From NCBI GenBank assembly GCA_965219415.1, contig CBDCNP010000002.1, forward strand, positions 4,512,001 to 4,576,000: a stretch of DNA of 64,000 nucleotides. Direction: 5' to 3'. The notes under the pieces are model-generated. The model was not told the origin of the DNA, searched no databases, and saw only the letters and a program-made list of their open reading frames with translations. Positions within the stretch are counted from its first letter, which is position 1; each line of letters begins with the position of its first letter. The translations under genes were made by a program, and so were the position numbers. Positions 51,743 to 62,354 of this stretch are shown here, piece after piece. The stretch comes from Candidatus Marinacidobacterales bacterium (GTDB taxonomy: Bacteria; Acidobacteriota; Vicinamibacteria; Marinacidobacterales; DATDRI01).

Positions 51743-53632
51743 ATGGCGGCGATATTCGATAAGCATGCGATACCAACTCACGTGTTCAACATTCCTGATT
51801 TAGACTTCCACGAAGATTTGTTTGCCGATCGCCTCGGCAGCCTTTGGTTCAGGCTAGGGGTTTGGACTATCAAATCTCAACGCAATGATCGAGGCGTTGA
51901 AGACGTGATTGAACGGCAAAGCGTCATGCTTACACCTGGACGCTTCTCTGAAATCTACGACAAACTCGAGTCTGTTGGCAATGTGTTCCACAATCTCGGC
52001 GAGCCCGTAGAATCGGTACAACGCGATGGGGACTATAAGAAGTACGCCTATGCCCCGTTTCATCGCTTCGAACTGAGGTTCACTTCGATAGTATGCGAGC
52101 CGCTGGTATCCGTTCGTATCCTGAATTCGGGCATAGAGCTTTTCATCAACCCTGACTTAGAGTTGTTTTTTAAGCTAGAGGAAAAGACGGTCGGGTGCGG
52201 CCTCTGGTGGGACCCACGACGTGGGGTCGAGGCTCTTCGGCGCCGTGTGATTGCGAACAGCAACCTGCAAATCGTTGAGATTCGAGTTGACTACCTGCGG
52301 AAATACTTGCAGGCACGTCAGGTATCATTGCTGGTTGGGCATTATCGCCATCTTCATCTTTTTGATCCCTCACCGAGTACCCTTGAAGCATTTGTGAAGG
52401 AGGACATCGTGCGAGGCTCTCCCGATCAGGGGGCTAAGGCGATCTTCCAAAACTGGGGACTCCGGCAACATAACCCAGAGGAGCAATACCTACAGAGAAG
52501 ACTACATTTGTGGTTTGAAATCAAACCTCCCGAGTCCGACATCGATGATCCATGGGCTGACGAACCATCATTCGATCCCTACGAATTTACTCTACCCACT
52601 CAGGGTGGCCCAGTTGCCCCGGGTCGTTGGAAGCACTTTCGACAAGCCGAAGGACGAGAGTTCGATGGTGGAGCCTGTGACTTCATGGATCGCGTCTACT
52701 TCAGACAGGAAGTGTTATCGAAGTATGAAGGGGCTTCCGGGTTTGACGTTTTGGACAATGGCTCGGTGTCCTGTCGGCACTATTGGGGGCTAGTTCGCAG
52801 TACGTCGCGGATCGGTAACGAACTGCTCGCAACTGCTATTGGCGATTTTGCAGAAGGAGTTCCTTTTGAAGAGTGGCCGCACTGGAAGCAGCACGCCATA
52901 GAACCACCGAGCGTGGAAACCATAAACGCACTTTACGAAGAGCAGACAATACCACATGCAGTAAATTCTCTAGTCGGTGAACTTGATGCATTGAATGCTA
53001 CATTCGCGAGTTTCTCTGATGTGATGAAGGCTGAGATTTCAGTTCCGCTTTGGGGCGGTTCACTCAAAAGTCTGGCTGGCCGCCAGCTCAAGTGGGTCTA
53101 CTCCACGACCGCCGATGACGATGAGTTTCTGAAAAGAGCGACACTTATGTCGACACTGGTCGTTGACGGGCTGGCTGCAAAGTCGCTACGAGAGCTCCTT
53201 CAGGCTTGGGATGAAGGCCTCCACCTCAATGACGGTGGTCAATCTCTGCGTTCCCGGAAACTCCTGGAACGAGTTACGTTCGTTGCTGTGCTGATCGAGG
53301 ATTTCCAGCCGAACAGCGCCGAGATCCCCATGCTAGTAAAGCAGGCAGAAGGTAAAGCCAACAACGCAGGCGACCCTGATCTACAGACCGAACTCAAGAG
53401 TTCGTATCAAAAAACCCGAGAGGATTTGTCTCCGCTGGCTTTCCTCTATGACTTGCGAACACACGGTGGATTTGCTCACTCCCCCAATAGGGAAAAGGTA
53501 GCGACCGCAGCGGCAAAACTCCGTCTTCCTAAAAGGAATTGGCATCGGACTGACTATCTTCAACTTCTCGGACTCGTTGCCGGAAGCGTTAAGCAAGTTA
53601 GTGAGCACCTAGAAACTGCCGCAAAGATGTGA
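51743..53632 (+). CDS. Large hypothetical protein with possible C-terminal HEPN motif
   Basis: 629-aa ORF of lower GC. LYDLRTHGGFAH (Rx6H) lies in a helical C-terminus. Confidence 0.7.
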   Translation: MAAIFDKHAIPTHVFNIPDLDFHEDLFADRLGSLWFRLGVWTIKSQRNDRGVEDVIERQSVMLTPGRFSEIYDKLESVGNVFHNLGEPVESVQRDGDYKKYAYAPFHRFELRFTSIVCEPLVSVRILNSGIELFINPDLELFFKLEEKTVGCGLWWDPRRGVEALRRRVIANSNLQIVEIRVDYLRKYLQARQVSLLVGHYRHLHLFDPSPSTLEAFVKEDIVRGSPDQGAKAIFQNWGLRQHNPEEQYLQRRLHLWFEIKPPESDIDDPWADEPSFDPYEFTLPTQGGPVAPGRWKHFRQAEGREFDGGACDFMDRVYFRQEVLSKYEGASGFDVLDNGSVSCRHYWGLVRSTSRIGNELLATAIGDFAEGVPFEEWPHWKQHAIEPPSVETINALYEEQTIPHAVNSLVGELDALNATFASFSDVMKAEISVPLWGGSLKSLAGRQLKWVYSTTADDDEFLKRATLMSTLVVDGLAAKSLRELLQAWDEGLHLNDGGQSLRSRKLLERVTFVAVLIEDFQPNSAEIPMLVKQAEGKANNAGDPDLQTELKSSYQKTREDLSPLAFLYDLRTHGGFAHSPNREKVATAAAKLRLPKRNWHRTDYLQLLGLVAGSVKQVSEHLETAAKM

Positions 53633-53651
53633 ACCACCCCGGGTGGCCGGA

Positions 53652-53763
53652 GAAGGTCACCCATGAAGACGGACGCCTGTTCGTGTATAAGGAACTCTTT
53701 CAGGATTTTCTTATACATACCTGGTCGCTTGGCCGGAACATCGTAGGACACCATTACGAACAT
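53652..53763 (-). pseudogene. cas2: Cas2 N-terminal fragment (non-I-E type), orphan
   Basis: MFVMVSYDVPAKR...KKILKEFLIHEQASVFMGDL, with GGAG upstream. Confidence 0.75.
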
Positions 53764-53932
53764 GGAGTTCGGAGAGAAGTCGCTCCATCATGCGCTTAGG
53801 GAATACGTCGTCTACCATCACCATGAGAGGAATCATCAAGGCAAGGAGAATTTGCTGCTGATCCCAGCCAGCGACCAGTTGCATCAGTCCGGGCGCAAGG
53901 TGCGCTCCGGGTGCTTCCGCCATCAAGTGTTG
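53764..53932 (+). pseudogene. rve transposase C-terminal remnant followed by B tip (53910-53932)
   Basis: FGEKSLHHALREYVVYHHHERNHQGKENLLL. Confidence 0.78.
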
Positions 53933-54060
53933 CTACGCGGCTGCGGGCAGTGGTTCAGGTGCGGAAGAGACCAGGTTGCGCGCCCCAGTGAGCAGGAAAA
54001 CCTCGATCCGCGACCACAAAGGAATCGTCGTCGCCAAGAAGATGTCTCGAAAGGTGAGCC

Positions 54061-54534
54061 CGTCTGGTCAAAATACTCGAACGCCCAGCGGGTCAGCAGT
54101 TTGCACCTTCGCAAAGGCCGCTTGAATCCGCCATCGCTGTCGGATACGTATTCCAGTTCAGCGGAAGGAGTTGCGATGGACTGGAAGACCATGCTGAGCT
54201 ACATCCCAGGATCCGTGGATGCGGAGTTGCTCCTGCGCAACGAGTATCTTGTGGCCGAGAATCGAGTTCTTCGAAATCAGCTCCAGGGTCGCTTGCACCT
54301 GACCGATGGCGAACGGCGGTCTCTGGCCGAGCTCGGAAAGCGTCTGGGTAAGCAAGCCCTTGATAAGATCGCGAGTATCGTGAATCCCGACACGATCCTA
54401 GGTTGGCACCGGAGGCTTGTCGCGAAGAAGTTCGACAGCTCCGAGAACCCGTGAGGTCAAAATACTCATACAGCTTCCCGTTGGAAAGGTGCAAACTGCT
54501 GACCCGCTGGGCGTTCGAGTATTTTGACCAGACG
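54061..54534 (+). mobile_element. Internally deleted E-type rve element with ~50-bp terminal inverted repeats
   Basis: CGTCTGGTCAAAATACTCGAACGCCCAGCGGGTCAGCAGTTTGCACCTT and its rc. Encodes MDWKTMLSYI...KKFDSS*. Confidence 0.88.
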
Positions 54535-55466
54535 CGGTGAGAAATTTTCAGTCGGCGCTTGTTCGGTTTGAGCACCATCCCACTTCCGAATCGCTGGTGG
54601 TAGCGCTGCACGAAGAGCTGTCGGAATTCGTCTGGGCAACGCCGCGCAGGCGTTCGGAGACGGGTTTCGGGATGACCTGTCACCCAGGCAAGCGCCCACT
54701 CCGACGGAATAGGCTTGCCAGCCGCGACGATCTGACCGAGCGCTAGACGCACTTCCGAGGCAAGCTCGCCACTCCCACTACCGAAAGTCGGCGGGCGCTT
54801 CCAGGCTCTTTCTTGCGACCAAAGCGCTCGGGCCAACTGGATCAATGAGGTGCTATATCTGTCGAACGATCTGTTCCCAGCGTAGATTGAGCGCAGACGT
54901 TCGACCTCGGCGATCAGCGCGTGGGCCTCACCCCGACGCTCCGGAAGGTACCGAAGGTCGAAGAGGAGCCGGCGCTCTAGGCCGTAGAAGAAGAGGAAGA
55001 CGTACCCAATGTAGGCGTTCGTGTCTGACCGTCCGCCCACGAGCCAATCGAGATAGGCGGCGCGAGACTCGTCTGGGATCCGGGAATACGAGGGCCAGTA
55101 GCCCATGCCCTCGCCGGAATAGTCACGGCGGCCGCGGGCAACCTTCAGTGCGGGAACGATCAGAGCGGGCTCGCAATCCTGCCAGCCCCCGACTGGCAAC
55201 AGTGAAGAGCCTACGTAGACCATGCCCCCCGAGATGAGGCGATTCGCGACCTTCGCGTCGGATTCCGGTGGGATCCACAGTTGGTCGGCGGCTCGCGCGT
55301 GCTTGGCCGGCTCGACGCGGTGGCGGGTTGTGGACGGGAACTGAACCTCCCCGTCCGATTCGACGTCGACCGAGTTCGTCACTACATTGATCAAGATGCC
55401 AATCAGAACGAGGCCAACGAGGATAAAGAGGCCGATCAGAACGAGGCCAACGAGAGCGCTCATCAT
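54535..55466 (-). pseudogene. TerB N-terminal-domain protein, 3'-truncated
   Basis: GYWPSYSRI...RAAYLDWL and IGYVFLFFYGLERRL, cut by the E end. Confidence 0.85.
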
Positions 55467-55511
55467 TGCAATTCACTATACAACAAGCTGTCGCCCCCTG
55501 ATTCCTTCTCG

Positions 55512-55551
55512 GGTGCTTGCGCTGTTTGCTGTTGGTAATGTGCACGCATCC
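55512..55551 (-). repeat. B end cut by A element
   Basis: GGTGCTTGCGC...CGCATCC, the same breakpoint as 42172. Confidence 0.85.
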
Positions 55552-56379
55552 CGTCCTGTGCCAAAACTCGGCCCTTTTGAAATAGGCCATAAATCAGCAG
55601 CTTAGTGTCTGTGTTTGCGACCGTGCCAAGGGCCGCAGGCTCTACAATCGTCTTGGGCGGACGGGTCGTCACCATGCAGAAGACCACCTAGGCGAGGGCG
55701 AATATCCAAGCGTGTTCCTGAATCTGTCGCAGCGATAGCGCCCCCATGAGCCTTGATGAAGGTGCTCCACGGCATACTCTTGCTCCGCTCCGGGGCAGGC
55801 GCGATACCGTGCTCGGCGAGGGCCCCCTTGATGGTGTTGCGTCCGAGTTCATATCCGAGGTTCTTGAGTGCGCCCTGCAGGCGCGTATATCTCCATGTCA
55901 GGTTCTCCCGCGCCACACGTACCATGAGCTCACGGACGTCCTTCGCCGTGGGAGGTCGGCCTGGACTCCGGTTCTTGGTGCCATCGTACTTGGCTGCGAT
56001 GAGGTAGCGGTACCAGCGCAACAGCGTAGCGGGTGTGGCAACGGACGCAATCTCGGCCAGCACCCAGCGGCCCAAGGCCTGGGCCTTGACGGCGAGCCTG
56101 CGCCGGTCGTCGTCAGAGAGCCTGAGACGTTTGCCCCGAACCCGGCTCGGAGCACACGGTTCTCCTCTCGCAGGTAGTCAACCACGTCCTGCTGCTGGCG
56201 GTTGACCCAGCCAGAACGAGCAGTAAGAATTGCACATGGTACGTCATGATGGATCCGAAGATAACACCCTCGGGCCAGACGATTGTAAAGCCCACGGCCC
56301 TTGACCTAGTCGCAAAACACAGACTCTAAGTGGCTGATTTATGGCCTATTTCAAAAGGGCCGAGTTTTGGCACAGGACG
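55552..56379 (-). mobile_element. Internally deleted A-type rve element with ~100-bp imperfect terminal inverted repeats
   Basis: CGTCCTGTGCC...GGCACAGGACG. The frameshifted transposase N-terminus is fused at AATD to the RLGGLL tail. Confidence 0.88.
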
Positions 56380-56750
56380 CGGTCGCGAGCTACATCGAGG
56401 AGTTCTACAATCCGTATCGACTCCACTCCTCACTCGATTACAACAGCCCAATGGTGTTCGAACGCATTCATGACCTCAAAACCGCTCATGCGAGATAATC
56501 AACCTGTCCACTTTTCCTGGGCAAGGTCACTAGACGCCCTTTAGCGAATTGCGGACTGCATTGAAAAGGGTAAACTGAGTCAGATGGGAGGCGTACACGG
56601 CAGAATCGACGGCTCATCAGCTGGCCGGAAGTTTCCCGTGATCGATGTGAAACGGCAGATGTACCACCAAGATGTGCTGGATCGCCTTGTCGAACTGTTC
56701 ATCGAGTTCACGGCCAAAGCCGGTCGAGAGTGGTTCCAGACAGTGGGTCA
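56380..56750 (+). pseudogene. Two IS3-family remnants (3' end with IR to 56529; internal OrfB piece ~56620-56750)
   Basis: YIEEFYNPYRLHSSLDYNSP, CTGTCCACTTTTCCTGGGCAAGGTCA and DVLDRLVELF/EFTAKA.REW. Confidence 0.72.
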
Positions 56751-56774
56751 GGAAAGCGTTTTTCTTGAAGACTC

Positions 56775-58559
56775 GTGACCATGGAGTTTGGAAGGAGCGT
56801 GAACGAGTTCAGTTGGCTTCTAATCTCCGACCTTCACCTCAAATCCGACTACGCCACATGGAGCCAGAGCGTTGTGCTCCGCGACATGGTTCGAGACATA
56901 AAACGTCGTTCGGAAGAGCATCCGACCATCCAGTTCATTATCGTCAGTGGTGACCTCGCGTACGCGGGCAAACCTGAGCAATATACGCTCGTCGAGTCCT
57001 TTCTGGATGATCTCATAGGACCGCTACAACTCGACAGGTCCGACGTTCTTATCGTTCCGGGGAACCACGACGTAGATCGGGACGTACAAGTGCTGGCGTT
57101 TCACGGTTCCAGGAGCCAGTTCACAAGCGCGAACAACGTTGAACGATTTCTATCTGACCCTGATGAGAGGGTTCCGCTCTTGGCGCGCCTCCGAGCCTTC
57201 TCGGATTTTGAGTCTGATTACTGCCAAGGAATCGAGCGCGTCTTCACGGACGGCCGACTCGCTTATATTTCGCGGCGGCTTGTTGGCGGGTTGCCATTGG
57301 CTATTGTCGGCCTTAACTCGGCATTGGCCTGCGGTGACGACGATGACCGAAATATCGTCGTTGGCGACCGACCCATTATTGAGGTAGTCGAGAATATTCG
57401 AGAAGCCGACGTTCGACTCGTCATCGGTATACTGCACCACCCTCCCGTTTGGTTGCGCGAATTCGACAGAAGAACCCTTGAGCACCGTTTTTTGCCCCAC
57501 TGCGACATTCTCCACAGGGGACATATTCACGAGTCAGGTGTCGAACCTGTTGTCACATCGAAGGAAACGAATTGTTTGGTTGTCGCCGCCGGAGCGAGCT
57601 ATGTCGGTAGACAGTTCAAGAATTCCTACTCCATCGTTTCGCTGAATGTCGCTGCTGCAACTTGTAGTGTGACGAACCACGAATACGAGAACCATTCGGG
57701 GAAATTCCGTAGCGCTGAGACGCAGACGCACGAAGTTCGGTTACGCGGTGATGTGCCCGGGGACACAAAGGATTTGGTGACCGCGATACAGGCACTGAAT
57801 GTCGCGGCGAACGAATTCGCGCCTTACTTAGCGGGGCTCATCGACAATCGAGTGTCAGACATTCCTTTGAGACTGAATGGTCGGCTGACTTTCGGAGCCG
57901 CTGGACTGCTGGACCCTGGAGATCCCTTCACAAAGGTGACGAAGGACTTCCTGAATACTCGTAACGCTCTTCTCGGATTCTCTCGTGAAACATCGCTCGC
58001 AGATCGAATTAGGTACGTTTCAGGTCCCATTATGCGCTACGCGGAACGACTCCACGCTCTTGCGGCTAACGATGAGCGCTTCCGCACCGAGTTAGTGTCG
58101 AGAAGTGAGCAGGCAAACGGTCTGTGCCGAGTTCATTTGGAAGAGCAGCCGAGCAACTTGGTCGCGACTCTCGATCTGTTGGCAACCGAAGAGGACTGGG
58201 TAGAACTAGCTGTATTCGCTCGCAGGTACCAGTCGAGCATTGACGCCCATGTCCTGAGAATAGCGACCATGCGATTGGCTCTGGCGCTCGCGCACAGCGA
58301 GAACCCAGAAGAGCAAAGCGAGGCGAGATCGATCGCGGACGGTTTAGTAGATCAGGAAGGTGCGACCGAGGAGTGCTACGAGCTCGCATTTGCCATTAAC
58401 CGTCGTCATGGGGAATCCGAAAAAGCGAGTCAGTTGCTTGTCGAAGCCGTCGATGTGTTTGGCAATGTGTCTCCGTCCTTCTGTCGGTCAGGCTACGCTT
58501 TCGCTGCGGAAACGGGCATTACCGCAGTTAAGGAGAAGCTCGACGTGCTGAAGGGATGA
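56775..58559 (+). CDS. Calcineurin-like metallophosphoesterase with helical/TPR-like C-terminus
   Basis: ISDLH, VSGDL, PGNHD, LHHP and GHIH. Confidence 0.9.
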   Translation: MTMEFGRSVNEFSWLLISDLHLKSDYATWSQSVVLRDMVRDIKRRSEEHPTIQFIIVSGDLAYAGKPEQYTLVESFLDDLIGPLQLDRSDVLIVPGNHDVDRDVQVLAFHGSRSQFTSANNVERFLSDPDERVPLLARLRAFSDFESDYCQGIERVFTDGRLAYISRRLVGGLPLAIVGLNSALACGDDDDRNIVVGDRPIIEVVENIREADVRLVIGILHHPPVWLREFDRRTLEHRFLPHCDILHRGHIHESGVEPVVTSKETNCLVVAAGASYVGRQFKNSYSIVSLNVAAATCSVTNHEYENHSGKFRSAETQTHEVRLRGDVPGDTKDLVTAIQALNVAANEFAPYLAGLIDNRVSDIPLRLNGRLTFGAAGLLDPGDPFTKVTKDFLNTRNALLGFSRETSLADRIRYVSGPIMRYAERLHALAANDERFRTELVSRSEQANGLCRVHLEEQPSNLVATLDLLATEEDWVELAVFARRYQSSIDAHVLRIATMRLALALAHSENPEEQSEARSIADGLVDQEGATEECYELAFAINRRHGESEKASQLLVEAVDVFGNVSPSFCRSGYAFAAETGITAVKEKLDVLKG

Positions 58560-58568
58560 GGCTTATTG

Positions 58569-60833
58569 ATGAGTAGCGACAAATCCTTCGAAGTGGGGAT
58601 GGACTTCAAGCACGTCCACAAGACAATCTCTGAGCACGTATACGAATCCCCACTGGCCTTTCTACGAGAGAACGTGCAGAACGCGCTGGACGCGATCCGG
58701 ATGCAAGCCCACGCTGATGGGAAAGAGCCAGGCGATGACAACTACGAGATTGCGATTCACGTTACAGAAGCCGATTGCACCATAAGGGACAACGGTATCG
58801 GAATGTCATCGGATGATTTACGCCGGTACTTCTGGACTATTGGGGCCAGTGGCAAGCGCAGTCCAGCGGCCAGAGACGCTGGATGCGTTGGGATGTTCGG
58901 CATCGGAGGCTTTGCGAACTTTGGCGTCTGTGATTCTCTGACCGTTACATCGAGAAGGAGCGATGACGCAATTGGAACACTAACCTGTCTCACGGAAGAG
59001 GAAATAGAAAGGGCAACGACCGGCTTCCCGAAGGTTGAAGCAGAGGATTCACACGATGCTGACCCACGCGGCACGGTCGTCGCGGGGCACTTCAAACCCG
59101 AATATAAGAACCGTAACAACGTTCAAGAGCTGAAGGATTATATTGTCGGGTTCGTTCGGTACGCGAAGGAGCGCGTGATCTACAATGACGCACTGATAAG
59201 CCAGAAGAATTGCTTTGACTCGGCGCAGGCGGAGAAGCTAACGCCTATCACTCCAGACGCAACGACGTGGTCCAATGGCGCAATCGAGCTTACAGGTCAG
59301 CTTTTTCACAACAAGACCGCTAGCACGGTCATAGCGCGGATCACTGAATTGAAAGTGTCTAACCAGGATGTGAGATTTCAGGCTGACCTTAGAATGAACA
59401 ATGGTCCGATTGACATTCTCAAACGTGGCTTCAAGCTATGTGCTACCACAATCCATACTCAGATCGGTGTTTCGGGCCGAATCGACTGTGATCGGATGTC
59501 ACCGACCGCAGGGCGAGATTCGCTGAATTCCGAATCGACCGCTCTCCTCCAAGCGATCGCCAACTCTCTAGAAGGTGTGGTGGTTGAGGCGATTCTCGAA
59601 TCCGAAGAGCTACTGGCTCAGCATGGACGTATATACCGGTATGTGAAGCAAAAGGGTCGGGTCGAGCGCCTCGGTAAGTCGAGAGTGACCATGGCTGATG
59701 GGTCGTCAAAACTGTTGGGATCGATTCAAGAAAGCGCAACCAACGGCGTTAGTGTGTTCTTTGGTGAGCACCAGAAGGAAGCCTTGAGCCAAATAATGCA
59801 GGCGCGCGGGAATCTTGTCGTTCTACTCCCGAATGATCGCCATCGAAGTCGGGCTGTACAGTCGTTCTTAACTAGTTACTGCGCGGCCAAGCCATTTTCT
59901 GGAATTGTCGAGTTTAAAGAAGTGTATAAAGATCTGGATCGTTTCGAGCGCGTGTTTCTGAGCGAGCTGGAGATGACGATTCAGTCGGAGTTCGATGTGC
60001 GCAACGTGAAGTTCACGCCCGGGAGTCTCACAGAGGATATTCCTGTTTACTTGAGTGATGCGAGGGGGGACGGCCCCTTGGAAATTGCGGTGGATGTTCG
60101 GCATCCGGAAATTGCGAAGTTGAGAAAACTTGAGTTTGGACCGTTACTCTACTCACTTATCGGAACATTCTGTCGCGAATACTTGAGCTTAGCCCTTCGC
60201 AAGAGGAGTCCGAAATTCTTCGGAAGCGGGGCGGTAAACCTCGACTCACTTGAGAAGAAGCGCTCTGAGCTTTGGGTGCTGGTTAAGGACGATATTCACA
60301 CAGTCTCGCGAAGTGCGAAGAGGCAGGTTGTGAGACGCTCTGATGTGCACACGATTACAGCAGGTGGTAGTGCTTCAAGCCGGCCGTTGGTAAGGAACCC
60401 CAAGCTCCTACACATTCAAGGTGACGAGGAATTCCGCGACATTCTGGGCTACTACATACGTATACCGGACCCAGCGACGAAAGCATTCGGTGACGTCATC
60501 AAGCAGTACGATAACCGAGGCTCCGTTTGGGGCGGTAACAAGGTGATGTTCGTAGCATCGGACGGGATTAGTAGTGCGTTCCAATTTGAGCTTCGACTGG
60601 AGCACGTTGTCACGACCGAAGTCAACGGGGTTCAATCGACGGAAGGCGCGGAACAGCTCGGTCACGCCGTCCAAGAGATCGAGGGAGGGTTGTATTTCCC
60701 GATCTCTGTTGTCCTCGAATCCCATTTGGTGCCAGCTGGCGATGAGGCCATCCGGATAGAGGTGTCTTCCGGCGACTGGATAGACACAGAGAGTGCGCAC
60801 GCCTGGCGGGCGAAGGAAGAAGAGGACGACTAA
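58569..60833 (+). CDS. HSP90-like (GHKL) ATPase-domain protein
   Basis: LRENVQNALDA, IRDNGIGMS, IGASGK, GMFGIG and RGT.V. Starts 9 nt after the previous stop. Confidence 0.9.
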   Translation: MSSDKSFEVGMDFKHVHKTISEHVYESPLAFLRENVQNALDAIRMQAHADGKEPGDDNYEIAIHVTEADCTIRDNGIGMSSDDLRRYFWTIGASGKRSPAARDAGCVGMFGIGGFANFGVCDSLTVTSRRSDDAIGTLTCLTEEEIERATTGFPKVEAEDSHDADPRGTVVAGHFKPEYKNRNNVQELKDYIVGFVRYAKERVIYNDALISQKNCFDSAQAEKLTPITPDATTWSNGAIELTGQLFHNKTASTVIARITELKVSNQDVRFQADLRMNNGPIDILKRGFKLCATTIHTQIGVSGRIDCDRMSPTAGRDSLNSESTALLQAIANSLEGVVVEAILESEELLAQHGRIYRYVKQKGRVERLGKSRVTMADGSSKLLGSIQESATNGVSVFFGEHQKEALSQIMQARGNLVVLLPNDRHRSRAVQSFLTSYCAAKPFSGIVEFKEVYKDLDRFERVFLSELEMTIQSEFDVRNVKFTPGSLTEDIPVYLSDARGDGPLEIAVDVRHPEIAKLRKLEFGPLLYSLIGTFCREYLSLALRKRSPKFFGSGAVNLDSLEKKRSELWVLVKDDIHTVSRSAKRQVVRRSDVHTITAGGSASSRPLVRNPKLLHIQGDEEFRDILGYYIRIPDPATKAFGDVIKQYDNRGSVWGGNKVMFVASDGISSAFQFELRLEHVVTTEVNGVQSTEGAEQLGHAVQEIEGGLYFPISVVLESHLVPAGDEAIRIEVSSGDWIDTESAHAWRAKEEEDD

Positions 60834-60924
60834 GGAAAATCTGGTGTGATAGCTAGTATTTGCTCGGTGAGGTATTTCTTGTGAAGTCGTAGTGGGCTAG
60901 CACGTTCTGGTCTAGATGCGCCTA

Positions 60925-61068
60925 GGTGCTTCCGCCATCAAGTGATGGGATGGACTCCTCCGCTGACATAGACGGCATCGATGTGCCAAAGTCAGTCGAA
61001 AGAACGCATCGAAAAAGGAGGAGTCCGAATGAAAGATGCGACGATCGCTGTGGGTCTTGCAAAGAACG
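60925..61068 (+). mobile_element. B tip (60925-60944) fused to an IS110/IS1111-like left end and first 13 codons
   Basis: ATGGACTCCTCC...GGAGGAGTCC, then MKDATIAVGLAKN, cut by the 1285-bp IS. Confidence 0.72.
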
Positions 61069-62354
61069 TGTCCATCATCATTATTAATCCGGGACTGGAC
61101 TCTAGGGCCCGGACCGCCCTCGAGCACATGCTGGAGAGCGTGGTCAGCGCGCGAGGGAAGGTGCTGAGGAGGAACTTCTCGGCGACCAGCCGAGTAACGC
61201 GAGCGACCAAGCTGACTCAGGCTGCCTCTCGCCACTCGTATCGATGGTGCAGTCCACCGACTCGCGGCAGTGCGACTACTTTCGCCGTAGGAGACGGTCG
61301 GTGCGTGACCGTTCTCAAGCTCGGTGTGTCCTTGTTCAGCCCCAAGTGGCAACGGTCCTCATGATAGTAGCTGATGTAAGCTCGCACGAGCCGGATGAGA
61401 TGACATGCACCGAGAACCACGACGTGCTCAAGGAGCTCGCGACGGCAGCTGCCGACCCACCGCTCCGCGGTTCCGTTTTGCCATGGGCTGCGAAACGAAG
61501 TGCGAACGGGTTTTGTGCCCGTTGCCTTGATGAACTCGATGACCGCAGCGTTAAAGATGAAGTCGCGATCGAAGATGAGATATCTCGGAGCGGTGTCGTA
61601 GGGAAACGCCTCGCGTAGTTGCTGAATAACCCAAGCAGACGTCGGGTGGAACGTGGCGTTGAAGTGAACGATGTGCCGGCGACCGTGCTCGATGACGAAG
61701 AAGCCGTACAGCAGCCGGAGCGACGCGGTGGGCACGGTGAACAGATCCATGGCGGCGATATCGTCTTTATGGTTGCGCAAGAAAGCCATCCATCGTTTCA
61801 GCTGGTCGGGCTCCGCGGGACGCCGCGGCAGGTATCGCGACACCGTGCTCTCGGAGATGATGAAACCGAGCTTGGTGAGCTCAGCATGGATGCGTGGCGC
61901 CCCCCAGCCGTCTTGCGCCATCGTGCGGACGAGGCGACGAATCTCGGCATCAATCCGAGGCCGACCGGGATGGCGGCGCTGCGAGATATTTGCCCAGTAC
62001 CGTCGGAATCGGTCGCGATGCCAACGGGCCACGGTGTCCGCGTGGACGATGAGCAGGCGGCTCGCCCACACGGGCCACGAACCTCGAAGGGCAACCCAGA
62101 AAGCCCGTTCCGTGTCTTCGAGCGGTGGGCGTGGGCGCTCTTTCTTCAGCGCCGTCACTTGCTGCCGCAAAGCGACGTTCTCCAACACCAGGTCGGCGCG
62201 GCGCCGACACATCGCCCGAATGGCACGGACGCCAAGTGAGACGAGGAAGACAACAACGTTGAGCATAGCGGCGGAGTTTCGCCGTCTTCGGCCCGGAATT
62301 CAAGCGGAGCGTAAGTCCTTGATTTCGTGGGCGGAGCAGTTTTGACGATGCACA
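61069..62354 (-). mobile_element. 1285-bp IS, full copy (1286 bp)
   Basis: TGTCCATC...GATGCACA. Confidence 0.92.
61217..62266 (-). CDS. rve DDE transposase
   Basis: Near-identical to 8396-9445. Confidence 0.92.
   Translation of the reverse strand: MLNVVVFLVSLGVRAIRAMCRRRADLVLENVALRQQVTALKKERPRPPLEDTERAFWVALRGSWPVWASRLLIVHADTVARWHRDRFRRYWANISQRRHPGRPRIDAEIRRLVRTMAQDGWGAPRIHAELTKLGFIISESTVSRYLPRRPAEPDQLKRWMAFLRNHKDDIAAMDLFTVPTASLRLLYGFFVIEHGRRHIVHFNATFHPTSAWVIQQLREAFPYDTAPRYLIFDRDFIFNAAVIEFIKATGTKPVRTSFRSPWQNGTAERWVGSCRRELLEHVVVLGACHLIRLVRAYISYYHEDRCHLGLNKDTPSLRTVTHRPSPTAKVVALPRVGGLHHRYEWREAA

Noticed and set aside
54093-54534. C-terminal extension of the TerB-N ORF with repeated VWSKYSNAQRVSSLHL
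   Set aside because: Translation of the E terminal inverted repeat.
55396-55453. Short tandem repeat (ATCAGAACGAGGCCAACGAG twice)
   Set aside because: Coding duplication (LVGLVLIG) in the TerB-N transmembrane segment.
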